A DNA stretch of 64,000 bases, from positions 21,341-85,340 of IMG/VR virus record IMGVR_UViG_3300034044_000040. One strand, 5' to 3'. The translations under genes and the position numbers were made by a program. The notes below the pieces were generated by a model that was not told the origin of the DNA, did no database searches, and was given only the letters and a program-made list of their open reading frames with translations. The first letter of the stretch is position 1, and each line of letters opens with the position of its first letter. Source of the DNA: a virus. Shown here piece after piece: positions 54,190-63,313 of the stretch.

Positions 54190-54714
54190 ATGAATGATAT
54201 GTTTGGTATGCCAGTGTGGCACTGGGATGCAGAAGGCTGGAATGATCGGGCCGTAGAATTTGAAGTGGTAACAGCGGTCAACAAAGGTTTGATCAAGCCT
54301 CGTGTCTGGTCTTGGCCTGTGCTGAAGGCGTACAATGGATCAAGTGGCGAAGAACGTATACGCGGGTGGCAAAAAACGTGGGCTGGTATCCACCTGAAAT
54401 TGATCCCCCCTCCCCGTACCTGCTCCATTTGCGGGTCAAGACGGGCGGTCCAGTATCATAACGAGGATTATCTCCGGCCTATGAACGCAAAACCTGTATG
54501 CTCAACGTGTCATAAGGTGTTACATAAACGGTTCTCGAATGAGGGTACGTGGCTGCGGTTGGTCAGAGATTGCGAGTACGATGGATGTTGGTTTTCTGAT
54601 CTGATATTGGGAAGAGAGAGGAGCATCGAGGAGGCGGAGGTGCAGCGTAGCAAATTACAGAAATGGAACATCGACGTTCCTGCCCCTCTATCTCGGGGCC
54701 TCACTGCCCTATAA
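54190..54714 (+). CDS. HNH-like zinc-binding protein
   Basis: CSICG...YHNEDY.RP...VCSTCH..LH. Confidence 0.55.
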   Translation: MNDMFGMPVWHWDAEGWNDRAVEFEVVTAVNKGLIKPRVWSWPVLKAYNGSSGEERIRGWQKTWAGIHLKLIPPPRTCSICGSRRAVQYHNEDYLRPMNAKPVCSTCHKVLHKRFSNEGTWLRLVRDCEYDGCWFSDLILGRERSIEEAEVQRSKLQKWNIDVPAPLSRGLTAL

Positions 54715-54819
54715 GGATGATACACGCCTGCCCGGCATATTTTCACGCAGTACACTATGGACATTGCAACCCGTTGCAATTATGGTTCAGTAACAAGTGA
54801 AGCAACAGGCAGGCATCTC

Positions 54820-55458
54820 ATGCATATTGAGCTAGAGAAGCGGGCATTGGACGCGATTACTCCATACGCCCAAAACTCCAAACACCACGGCGAGGAAGAC
54901 GTCGCGCTGATCATGGCATCAATCGAACGGTTCGGGTTCAATGACCCAATAGCAGTCGATGAGGATGGGGTGATAATTGAGGGCCACGGTCGCTATGAAG
55001 CGGCCACAAACCTATCACTCGAACATGTCCCCGTTATAGTGTTGAGCGGTCTCACCGATGAGCAGAAGCGGATGTACCGCATAGCACACAACAAGATCGC
55101 ATTATCATCCACCTTCGATTTTGCAAAGTTGGCAGAAGCTCTAGGGCAGATCGCTGGCGACGACATAACGTACAACCACCTAGGGTTTTCCGACGCAGTT
55201 GCAGATAATTTGGTGAATGTGGTGTTCGGGGATGGCAGCCTGAAGGAACCATCCTTATCATCTGTTGAGCCGTTTGACGTAATTTGGGATACCAAGGAGC
55301 AACGGGACCGATGGCAGGGGTTCATGAAGCGGGTGCACGCAAATTTCCCAAATATGTCTGACGCGGAAGCACTCATCGAATTCATAGAGGAAAGCGGCAT
55401 ACTGAGCGGCATCCGGAACCTGTCCAATGAGGTAGAGGAGGTGACCCATGAGCAGTGA
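54820..55458 (+). CDS. ParB/Srx N-terminal domain protein 1
   Basis: PYAQNSKHH, SIERFGFNDPI, IIEGHGRYEAA, YRIAHNK. Confidence 0.85.
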   Translation: MHIELEKRALDAITPYAQNSKHHGEEDVALIMASIERFGFNDPIAVDEDGVIIEGHGRYEAATNLSLEHVPVIVLSGLTDEQKRMYRIAHNKIALSSTFDFAKLAEALGQIAGDDITYNHLGFSDAVADNLVNVVFGDGSLKEPSLSSVEPFDVIWDTKEQRDRWQGFMKRVHANFPNMSDAEALIEFIEESGILSGIRNLSNEVEEVTHEQ

Positions 55459-56092
55459 CACTCTTGAGGTGACAACCAGAAAAGTGGCGGACCTCATCAG
55501 GGACGAGGAAAACCTCAAGGTACATCCCGTGCTCCAAATTGATCAGCTTGTCGCATCAATCGAACGGTTCGGGTTCAATGATCCTGTGGGTATCGACGAG
55601 CAAAATAATGTGCTGGAAGGTCACGGTCGCCTCCTAGCGGCTGATAAGATTGGCCTCGATGAAGTGCCTGTCGTGGTTATATCCGGGTTGACCGAAGCAG
55701 AGAAGCGAGGGTACCGGATCGCGCACAATCAGACCACCATGAATACGGGGATGAACCGTGACGCGGTTCGGAATGAGTTTCAGGCACTGAACCTGAGCAG
55801 CGATGACTATATGAGCGTAGGTTACGCACAGGATGACGTACTGTTCCTATCGGATATGTTCGATGGGGACGCGAATTCAGACATGGATCATAACGGTCAC
55901 GAGCGTGATAATGTGAGTTCGTTCCTACCTCCGGTGGTGAGGACGTCTATCACGTTTGACAATGACGCGCAGTTTGACAAGTTTCAGGATTTCCAGATGG
56001 CGCTGAGATCGCGGTACCCGGAGGGTGCCACCATAGCGGATCGGTTAATGCTGTTTGTCGATGAATATGAGGGACAGCTGGATGGCCACTAA
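55448..56092 (+). CDS. ParB/Srx N-terminal domain protein 2 (tandem paralogue)
   Basis: SIERFGFNDPV, LEGHGRLLAA, GLTEAEKRGYRIAHNQ. Confidence 0.85.
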   Translation: MSSDTLEVTTRKVADLIRDEENLKVHPVLQIDQLVASIERFGFNDPVGIDEQNNVLEGHGRLLAADKIGLDEVPVVVISGLTEAEKRGYRIAHNQTTMNTGMNRDAVRNEFQALNLSSDDYMSVGYAQDDVLFLSDMFDGDANSDMDHNGHERDNVSSFLPPVVRTSITFDNDAQFDKFQDFQMALRSRYPEGATIADRLMLFVDEYEGQLDGH

Positions 56093-57254
56093 GGAAAATG
56101 TAGAATTTTTGGGCGTGAACGTCTATGAAGAGGCGAAACGGCGCATAAAATATTGCTACGCAAACTGGGATCACGTGTGGTTAAGTTTCAGCGGAGGCAA
56201 GGATAGCCTGTGCGTTCTATGGCTGATGCGCGAGGTGCTGGATGATATGGGATTGTCCCACGTCAAGGTTAATGCTTTTTTTCGTGACGAGGAAGTCATT
56301 CCAGACGATGTGATATCCTTCGTTCAAGGTTTCATAGAAAACCCTGATCTTTCATCGCGGTTCAACGTCGCGTATTTCGCGGTACCAATGGCCAGCCACA
56401 TATTCATGATGGGGGAACACTGGCCATATGTTCAGTGGGATAAATCGCGGGAGTGGTTGAGGGAGCCTCCGGAGTACGCCATACGCAAGCTGCATCCTGA
56501 AGATAAGCCCATGGATCAGCACGAAATGAACGGGCTGACCGCCGAGGTGTTGGGATTGAAGGGAAAAATTGCCATACTGAACGGCTTGCGTGCGGACGAA
56601 AGTTTGAACCGGTACCGATCCTGTGTGGCCAAGAAGGGACGATACAACTGGGTCATGGGGTCACCGGGGAAAGGTGAGAAAAATATCGCGTTCTGCAAGC
56701 CTATTTTCGACTGGGCGACTGGCGACTTGTTCAAGTATTTCAAAGAGAAAAACATCACGTATCCCTCAATATACGACACGCAGCTTTATTCCGGAGAGAG
56801 CCTGCGAGTGTCCACCCCCTTGCATGATCGCGCGTATCAATCGCTGGTTAAATTGCGCGTCACTCATCCTAAGTTCTATGAACAAATACTGCACATCTGG
56901 CCTGAAGTTGCCACGCATGAACGGTACTATTGTGCTGTGGATCGCTACGGGATCATTGATCGGTATCCGAAGTCGTGGGAGGGCATCATCCAATATATCG
57001 AGGATAATATTGACAGCCCCACGAACAAAGCAAGAGCCATGGAAGTGCTAAAAAATTGCAAGACCATGAAAGACAAGAACCGCAGACTGGGGCGATATGC
57101 TGATAAGGCGTTCGGCTTTCCATTGTTGCATGTGTTCAAGCAAATAGTGGCGGGGAGCTACATGAAGGGCATATCCACGGAACCTTTCCCTCCCCCGAGC
57201 TACATGGCGTATGAAGAAGCAGCTGAAAACCTTCGCGACGGCGGAAGAGATTAA
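56082..57254 (+). CDS. IbrA-like PAPS-reductase-family (PP-loop) protein
   Basis: NVYEEA..RI, SFSGGKDS, DEE, GLRADESLNR, PIFDW, IYD, RVS. Confidence 0.85.
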   Translation: MATKENVEFLGVNVYEEAKRRIKYCYANWDHVWLSFSGGKDSLCVLWLMREVLDDMGLSHVKVNAFFRDEEVIPDDVISFVQGFIENPDLSSRFNVAYFAVPMASHIFMMGEHWPYVQWDKSREWLREPPEYAIRKLHPEDKPMDQHEMNGLTAEVLGLKGKIAILNGLRADESLNRYRSCVAKKGRYNWVMGSPGKGEKNIAFCKPIFDWATGDLFKYFKEKNITYPSIYDTQLYSGESLRVSTPLHDRAYQSLVKLRVTHPKFYEQILHIWPEVATHERYYCAVDRYGIIDRYPKSWEGIIQYIEDNIDSPTNKARAMEVLKNCKTMKDKNRRLGRYADKAFGFPLLHVFKQIVAGSYMKGISTEPFPPPSYMAYEEAAENLRDGGRD

Positions 57255-57264
57255 GGAATACCAC

Positions 57265-57795
57265 ATGTTCACAGATTTTGATAAACAGCCGATCAACCGG
57301 GTACAGTGGGTGCCAGTTGATCAGCTGAATGCCAATGACTACAATCCTAATCACGTTTTGGCGCAGGAAATGCGTCTTCTGAAGCATTCGATGCTGGAGC
57401 AGGGGTGGATACAGCCGGTGCTGGTCTCAAAAGCTGACGACGAGGATACCTACACCATCATCGACGGGTTTCATCGCGCCACCTTGGTGAAGACTGACAA
57501 GCACGTCTTTAATATGACGAACGGGTTCGTGCCTTGCGTGATCATGGACATGACAGTGCCTGAACGTAAAATGCTCACCGTCCGCATCAATCGGGCGAAA
57601 GGCTCACATAGCGCTGTGCGTATGCATGAGATCGTTGCCGGTCTGGTATCCGAACATGGCCTTCCTGTAGACGCGATCATGCGCGGAATTGGGGCCACGA
57701 GACATGAGGTCGATACTCTTCTGACGGAGAATTTGTTCAAAAAATTCGATGTGGACAACACACCGTACTCGGAAGCGTGGAAACCGAAGGACTAA
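57265..57795 (+). CDS. IbrB-like ParB-domain protein
   Basis: VQWVP...ANDYNPNHV..EM.LL..S, IIDGFHR, TVRINRAKGSH, YSEAW; AAGGA RBS. Confidence 0.85.
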   Translation: MFTDFDKQPINRVQWVPVDQLNANDYNPNHVLAQEMRLLKHSMLEQGWIQPVLVSKADDEDTYTIIDGFHRATLVKTDKHVFNMTNGFVPCVIMDMTVPERKMLTVRINRAKGSHSAVRMHEIVAGLVSEHGLPVDAIMRGIGATRHEVDTLLTENLFKKFDVDNTPYSEAWKPKD

Positions 57796-57833
57796 CTACC
57801 ATCTTGCAGGTGGCGCATTCACGTGATTGGAAT

Positions 57834-57858
57834 AAACCTCACTTAGGTGGGGTTTTTT
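57834..57858 (+). terminator. Rho-independent terminator
   Basis: AAACCTCAC-ttag-GTGGGGTTT followed by Ts. Confidence 0.75.
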
Positions 57859-57868
57859 CATTTTTTCC

Positions 57869-57896
57869 TTGCAAACAATCGTGGTTGTGTTATTCT
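57869..57896 (+). promoter_or_regulatory. Conserved phage promoter, copy 10
   Basis: TTGCAA-acaatcgtggttgtgt-TATTCT. Confidence 0.78.
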
Positions 57897-57979
57897 GATA
57901 AGGTAAGAAAGGGCGCACGACGAATTGCAACCAGTTGCAACTAGATGTGGGTATACTATGTCAGAAGAGGGGTAACAGC

Positions 57980-58162
57980 ATGACACAACGACAAAAAGCA
58001 CACCGCACGCACACCATAGGCGTCAGCAATTTTGAGGCCATGGTGCACGACAGGATCATCCGGGAGCAGCGGCTCGCAGAAGACCCTGTGATGATCTTTC
58101 TCGACGACGAATGGGACGACGTATATGAGGATGTGCTCCGGGAGGCACGCGATGACGAGTAA
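57980..58162 (+). CDS. Small acidic hypothetical protein
   Basis: GAGG RBS; acidic C-terminus. Confidence 0.55.
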   Translation: MTQRQKAHRTHTIGVSNFEAMVHDRIIREQRLAEDPVMIFLDDEWDDVYEDVLREARDDE

Positions 58163-58667
58163 GTTGCGCCCCGCCGCCACCCCAGAGCAACACCTCGGGT
58201 ACTACGGGAATAAACCCATAAAAAGCGATGTTGGTTTCGGTGGTTTCATCCGCACCAAGGATCACATGAAGCCACCTGCGAAGATACCGTGCAGGGAATG
58301 CCCGCTACGGAGAGACGCGGCACCGGGTTTTTTGGGAGGATATACCCCCGAAATGTACATTGCCGTGCTCCACAGCCCAGCCAGCCTCGCCTGTCACTGT
58401 TCCAAAGGGTTTCACACCGGGGAAATCGGCAAACAACGCCATTGCACCGGTGTCGCAGGGTACCGCGCCAACGTGGGCATCCTGCGTGGAGCAGCTGCGG
58501 ATACAGCAACTCGGGCGATGGAAAATTATCCCCGAGACCTCACAGAAGATTTCTTCTCAAGCCCGGAGGAATTTTACGCGCACCACAAACCGGGACAGAC
58601 CACTTCGCGCCAAGACGGCAATCCATATCCGCTGGACTGGGGCCACGACCAAGACGACGAACTGTAA
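58152..58667 (+). CDS. Cys/His zinc-binding hypothetical protein (DUF6283-like)
   Basis: PCRECPLRRD..PG, ACH, CTG. Confidence 0.55.
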   Translation: MTSKLRPAATPEQHLGYYGNKPIKSDVGFGGFIRTKDHMKPPAKIPCRECPLRRDAAPGFLGGYTPEMYIAVLHSPASLACHCSKGFHTGEIGKQRHCTGVAGYRANVGILRGAAADTATRAMENYPRDLTEDFFSSPEEFYAHHKPGQTTSRQDGNPYPLDWGHDQDDEL

Positions 58668-58690
58668 CAGGAAAAGAAAGGAAAACCGAA

Positions 58691-59035
58691 ATGGCACATG
58701 AATTCAATATCGGGGTAGTCGCAGAGCAAGATGTGGTGACCTCCCTGCCGGATAATGCATCCCGTATGACCGATGAAGAGGTGCAGGAATGCAACGAAAG
58801 TTTCTCGCATCTGGGGCCGATCAAGATGCAATGCGATATGAGCGGTACTTCTGTGCTGGCGTACAACAGGGACCGGACATACACGCAAATATTTGCCGGT
58901 GAAGCCGCACAGCATCTGATCTCACACACGGGCCTGACCCCGATGGGCAAAGGGTATTTCACACCTTCGCTGATACCGGGTGACGCCTATGTGACGTGGA
59001 CAGAGGTATATCAGGAGAATGGCTTTGACTTCTGA
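58691..59035 (+). CDS. Hypothetical protein
   Basis: AAAGGA RBS. Confidence 0.6.
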   Translation: MAHEFNIGVVAEQDVVTSLPDNASRMTDEEVQECNESFSHLGPIKMQCDMSGTSVLAYNRDRTYTQIFAGEAAQHLISHTGLTPMGKGYFTPSLIPGDAYVTWTEVYQENGFDF

Positions 59036-59324
59036 TCGCGAAATACCACCGTCTTGGCGAAAGGCGCTGGTTTCAAATGATGACTTGAACGAGATTACGC
59101 AAAGGTTGCGTGCCACGACGCTCACAACTTCGGCGTCTTTCGAGACCGCATCACGGGAGCTACTTGCGATGTCCAGAATACTGAACGCCTCCGAGGTACT
59201 GGATATCCTAAGTTGGTCTCGCGAGGACGTGCAGCCCGCCCCGGAAAGGGAAGAGGAGCAGGAGGAACACGTCACAAGCACCCGGCCCCGGCCTTCTGGC
59301 ACCCGTGACGTTGATCTGACGTGA
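59019..59324 (+). CDS. Hypothetical protein
   Basis: AGGAG RBS; overlapping start. Confidence 0.6.
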   Translation: MALTSDREIPPSWRKALVSNDDLNEITQRLRATTLTTSASFETASRELLAMSRILNASEVLDILSWSREDVQPAPEREEEQEEHVTSTRPRPSGTRDVDLT

Positions 59325-59412
59325 TCCGCGCCGCCAGCCTATAAATTTGCAACCCGTTGCAACTACACCACCCGCCCTCGTGGCACCGTAAGCAGCCATC
59401 CCGGAGTAGATA

Positions 59413-59844
59413 ATGGAGTTCACAGATACCACCCCGCCGCAAACAGACCCGATTGAAAAATATTGGTGGACCGGCAAGGGACATATCACCTTCTACGTGA
59501 TCCAGAATGTGCCGGGCGCTTTCGAGATAAACGTGGAGGATTACAGCGGTTGCGCAATCGGGATGGAAGAAATCATCGGCATAGAGTGGTGGATCGCGTC
59601 ACACACAGGGGAAGATGGCCGCGTGGCCCTGCTCAATCCCCCATTGCGTGAGGGCTGCCACTACACAATCACCAGCATAACCAGCAAGCACACACGCGGC
59701 GACGGATATACAACTGAAGACGAGATAGATTGGCGTTGGAAGAGTGTCAGCGAGACATGGTATTTGTGGGAGCGTGTCAGGCAGAAAATCAGCAACTGGT
59801 GGTGGCGCGGCGTCACGCAGTATATAACCCCCTCGCGCAGCTGA
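59413..59844 (+). CDS. Hypothetical protein
   Basis: GGAG RBS. Confidence 0.6.
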   Translation: MEFTDTTPPQTDPIEKYWWTGKGHITFYVIQNVPGAFEINVEDYSGCAIGMEEIIGIEWWIASHTGEDGRVALLNPPLREGCHYTITSITSKHTRGDGYTTEDEIDWRWKSVSETWYLWERVRQKISNWWWRGVTQYITPSRS

Positions 59845-59881
59845 AGCAGATCGGCGCGCCATACATCGTGAGGAGAGAACA

Positions 59882-60088
59882 ATGAAAAGCAAATATGTCA
59901 CAGAGATCGACGGAAGGCTGTACGAGGCAACAGCGCTCCACGGTAATCCCGCCATACGAAAGCTCAACAAGAATGGGGGCACGGCAAGATGGGTGCGGGT
60001 GCTGTCACCCTTGGGTGTAAAGGTGATGCAGCAATTGGGTATCGAACCTGCCATGGCACCTGCGATAGGGCGGGAGAAAGACAAATGA
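59882..60088 (+). CDS. Hypothetical protein
   Basis: GAGGAG RBS. Confidence 0.55.
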   Translation: MKSKYVTEIDGRLYEATALHGNPAIRKLNKNGGTARWVRVLSPLGVKVMQQLGIEPAMAPAIGREKDK

Positions 60089-60234
60089 CCTTTCCGGAAA
60101 TCCTGCTTACGCTGATCTGGGTATTCATCATTGTGCTGGTCTGCATTCCCCCGAGATATGACCCGGCAATCAGGTGGCGCGAAAAACATGAGTGCGAAAA
60201 ACAAGACCAACAGACACGTGGCAGACACAGGTAA
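60085..60234 (+). CDS. Small membrane protein
   Basis: GGAG RBS; ATGA overlap; one TM helix. Confidence 0.5.
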   Translation: MTFPEILLTLIWVFIIVLVCIPPRYDPAIRWREKHECEKQDQQTRGRHR

Positions 60235-60407
60235 CAGAACGGGGTGCATTTCATCCTGATCCCGGCAGGTTGTCATAATTCGTCATTTAACAAACATGCC
60301 CCATGGGCCTGCAACGGGTTGCAAACTAAAGCGTGTCCGACTAATATGCTACACGAGTGGCCCCGTACCAAGACACGGTGGCTGTGCAATTTTAGTAGAG
60401 CAGCAGC

Positions 60408-61307
60408 ATGGGGGCACCTCGGATGTCCGATCCTAGCGGCAGCACGCCCCCGAACCAGCGGGGAGGGCAGCCAGAAATTTCACAGGTGGTGGCTGAAAGG
60501 TTGGACCGCATCATTGCGGACCCAGACGGCGTGGTCAATCTAAACGAGGTTTACGACGGCCCAGCGGGGGCACTTCCACAGGAGGTGGCTGATCGCGTAA
60601 GATCAATCAACACATATAGCTCGGGGTACACGTGGCCTTTCATCAAGCAGGCCCTTCGATACATGGTGTTCTCTGGGGTACCACATGATCAGATAGCAAA
60701 AAAATTCAATGTGACGTGGCGCACCTGCCACCGTTGGATCACCCGGATGCAGAAGGAATGGGATGGGGACGTCCTGAACTTCAGCCCCCGTGCTCAGTTC
60801 GCCAAAAGTCTGCAACTCAAACAAATGGTAATCGAGCAGCTTCTACAGCAGGCGGCGGCACCCGGAAACACGGTCAGAGATAAGGTCCATGTTCTGACGC
60901 AGGTATCCCGCATCGACAATGACATCGCTGTGCTCATCAACATGGCCGGGGGATGGGCGGATCAGCCTCTATGCCAGCAGCAGTTACAATCCGCGAAAAC
61001 ACGGGACACCATCGAAGAAAGGTCAGAGGTTGAAACCATCGGGGACATGATGAAGAGTTTCATGCGGGGCGGCATGGAGGATGCTGAGATCATCGACGAT
61101 CCGGAAGACGAGAGAGGGGATCAAGAAACCCAAGCAGATGACCCAGAACCTGCCAGTCCAGAACCTGCTCGCGCAGTTGACCACACGTCAGAGAAAGCAC
61201 CTGAAGTTAGGGAACGTCGCGCCCCGACTGACATGATCCGAAACAGAGTGCGCCGGGTGACGAGCAGACCGGATGCATCATCCACAGACGACACGGATAA
61301 TCACTGA
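60408..61307 (+). CDS. Putative terminase small subunit (HTH)
   Basis: GVPHDQIAKKFNVTWRTCHRWI HTH; coupled to the terminase large subunit gene. Confidence 0.65.
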   Translation: MGAPRMSDPSGSTPPNQRGGQPEISQVVAERLDRIIADPDGVVNLNEVYDGPAGALPQEVADRVRSINTYSSGYTWPFIKQALRYMVFSGVPHDQIAKKFNVTWRTCHRWITRMQKEWDGDVLNFSPRAQFAKSLQLKQMVIEQLLQQAAAPGNTVRDKVHVLTQVSRIDNDIAVLINMAGGWADQPLCQQQLQSAKTRDTIEERSEVETIGDMMKSFMRGGMEDAEIIDDPEDERGDQETQADDPEPASPEPARAVDHTSEKAPEVRERRAPTDMIRNRVRRVTSRPDASSTDDTDNH

Positions 61308-63313
61308 TGTACACGCCCCCACAGGATACCTTGGAGGAACAGCGCACCGCTCGGGATCGCGATATATGGCTCAGCGAGCAGAAGCAGCGTATGGAGCACA
61401 TCTACGCCAGCGCCCTTGCACGGGGGCACAAACGGGAAGGTGAGATATTTCGGTATGCAACGGAGCAGCTGATCCTGCACGACAACCAAATACCGTATGA
61501 AATGTTGTCCCGCATGAACAAGCAGCCGGTGACCATTGACGAGTTTGTGCAAAGCGACGAATTTCTCGGAGACTTAATGGATGTCTGGCCAATGCTGATG
61601 CGTGACCTGCGGCTGATGAACCCGGATGTGTTCGTGGGTGAACCCCCTTGTCATGAGGCATTGTTGGGTGGCGCGACGGGTACGGGTAAAACACACCTCA
61701 GTCAGATCACGAACATGTTCCAGCTGTATGGGTTCACCTGCTTCAACGAGGTACAGCGGATGTACCGGCTGGCAGCCAAGACCCCCATCGTATTCATGCT
61801 TCAATCCGTCAGCCCGACCATCACGAAGCGGGTTATATACAAGCCATTGCGCGACACCTTCACGGCAATGCCATATTTCCAGAAGAACATCACCTATGAC
61901 AGGTACAATGAGAGCACCCTGCTCATAGAGGGTGGCCTTGTGGTTGCTCCTATGGCGGCGAGCGTGCAATCTCTGGTAGGTCAGGCCATCCCCGGTGGCA
62001 TCCTCGACGAGGTGAACTTCATGTCAGTCGTGGAAAACTCCAAACAGGTGGCAGGGCCGCAGGGACTTGGTGGGTATTACAATCAGGCGGAAGTGGTATA
62101 CACGAACATTTCTCGCAGGCGTAAGCGCTCATTCCTGACGCGGGGATACAGCTTAGGTACCCTGTGCGTGGTGTCATCCACCAGATATAATGGTGACTTT
62201 CTCGACAAGCGCATTTCTGAGGTGGATGAGTTTGGGGAGAAAAACATCGTCACCCTGCGCAGGAAACAGTATGAGGTGGCACCGCAGGAACGGTATTCCG
62301 GTGATACCTTCACCTATATGATCTCATCCCCAGACACCCCCGGCAGGGTGATTGAGGCCGACGAGGTGGCAGGGGTGCATTACCCTGAAGGTGCCCGCCT
62401 TGAACAGGTTCCAATCGAACTGATAAATGACTTCAGGCGTGACCCGGAGGCAGCACAGCGCGACTATATGGGCATCGCAACTGATGCGATCACCCCCTTC
62501 ATCAGAAAGCGCCAGAAGATCAATGATGCTGTGAGCAGGGGAGCCGCCCGTGATCTGTTGCCCCTCATAGAGAGCGATCAGGTGGATTTGGCAGAAGACG
62601 GAATGCCAACATTCATACCGGAGAACTTCCCGAGAACGCGGGCACGCAGGAACAAGAGCCGGTGGGTGCATATCGACTTGAGCAGAGTGAATGACAGATG
62701 TGGCATCGCCATGCTGGCATTGGAGGGGTTCGTCAACAAAGCGATGGATGGCCCGGACGGTCTCACTGAAATACTGCCAAAATTCACCGTGGAGCTTGCG
62801 GTCGGCATCAAACCGTCAGTCGTGCGCGAGATCAACATCGCCGAGGTGCGGGCATGGGTGCTCCAGCTGGCAAGGGATTACGGCCTCAATATCGAGGGCA
62901 TCAGCTTTGATGGGTTTGACAGCCGAGAAACCATACAGGTGCTCAGGAACTCAGGTATGCGCGCCGGGACAGTGAGTATGGATCGGGACGTCACGCCGTA
63001 CCACACGCTCAGGGATGCATTGTACGAGGATCGTCTTGACATTCAGCCAGATATTGATCTTCTACTCACAGAGTTGAGAACCATCGAATACTACAAGGAG
63101 AAGAACAAAATTGACCACCCGCCCAACGGTACAAAGGACGTATCTGACTGCGTTGCCGGGGCCATAGCATCTGCCATGAAATCACGGGTGGTCAGAAACG
63201 GCATGGAGATCGTAAGTGGTGATCATCCTGAAGATGGAAGCACACAGCCTCCACGTTTCCGGGTTCGGAGAGAGCGCCACCGTATAGAGAGAAATCGGGA
63301 GAGACCCAGATGA
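61307..63313 (+). CDS. terL: Terminase large subunit
   Basis: GGATGTGKT, ILDEVNF, VSS, HIDLS...D, SFDGF, KIDHP..GTKDVSD nuclease motifs. Confidence 0.88.
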   Translation: MYTPPQDTLEEQRTARDRDIWLSEQKQRMEHIYASALARGHKREGEIFRYATEQLILHDNQIPYEMLSRMNKQPVTIDEFVQSDEFLGDLMDVWPMLMRDLRLMNPDVFVGEPPCHEALLGGATGTGKTHLSQITNMFQLYGFTCFNEVQRMYRLAAKTPIVFMLQSVSPTITKRVIYKPLRDTFTAMPYFQKNITYDRYNESTLLIEGGLVVAPMAASVQSLVGQAIPGGILDEVNFMSVVENSKQVAGPQGLGGYYNQAEVVYTNISRRRKRSFLTRGYSLGTLCVVSSTRYNGDFLDKRISEVDEFGEKNIVTLRRKQYEVAPQERYSGDTFTYMISSPDTPGRVIEADEVAGVHYPEGARLEQVPIELINDFRRDPEAAQRDYMGIATDAITPFIRKRQKINDAVSRGAARDLLPLIESDQVDLAEDGMPTFIPENFPRTRARRNKSRWVHIDLSRVNDRCGIAMLALEGFVNKAMDGPDGLTEILPKFTVELAVGIKPSVVREINIAEVRAWVLQLARDYGLNIEGISFDGFDSRETIQVLRNSGMRAGTVSMDRDVTPYHTLRDALYEDRLDIQPDIDLLLTELRTIEYYKEKNKIDHPPNGTKDVSDCVAGAIASAMKSRVVRNGMEIVSGDHPEDGSTQPPRFRVRRERHRIERNRERPR

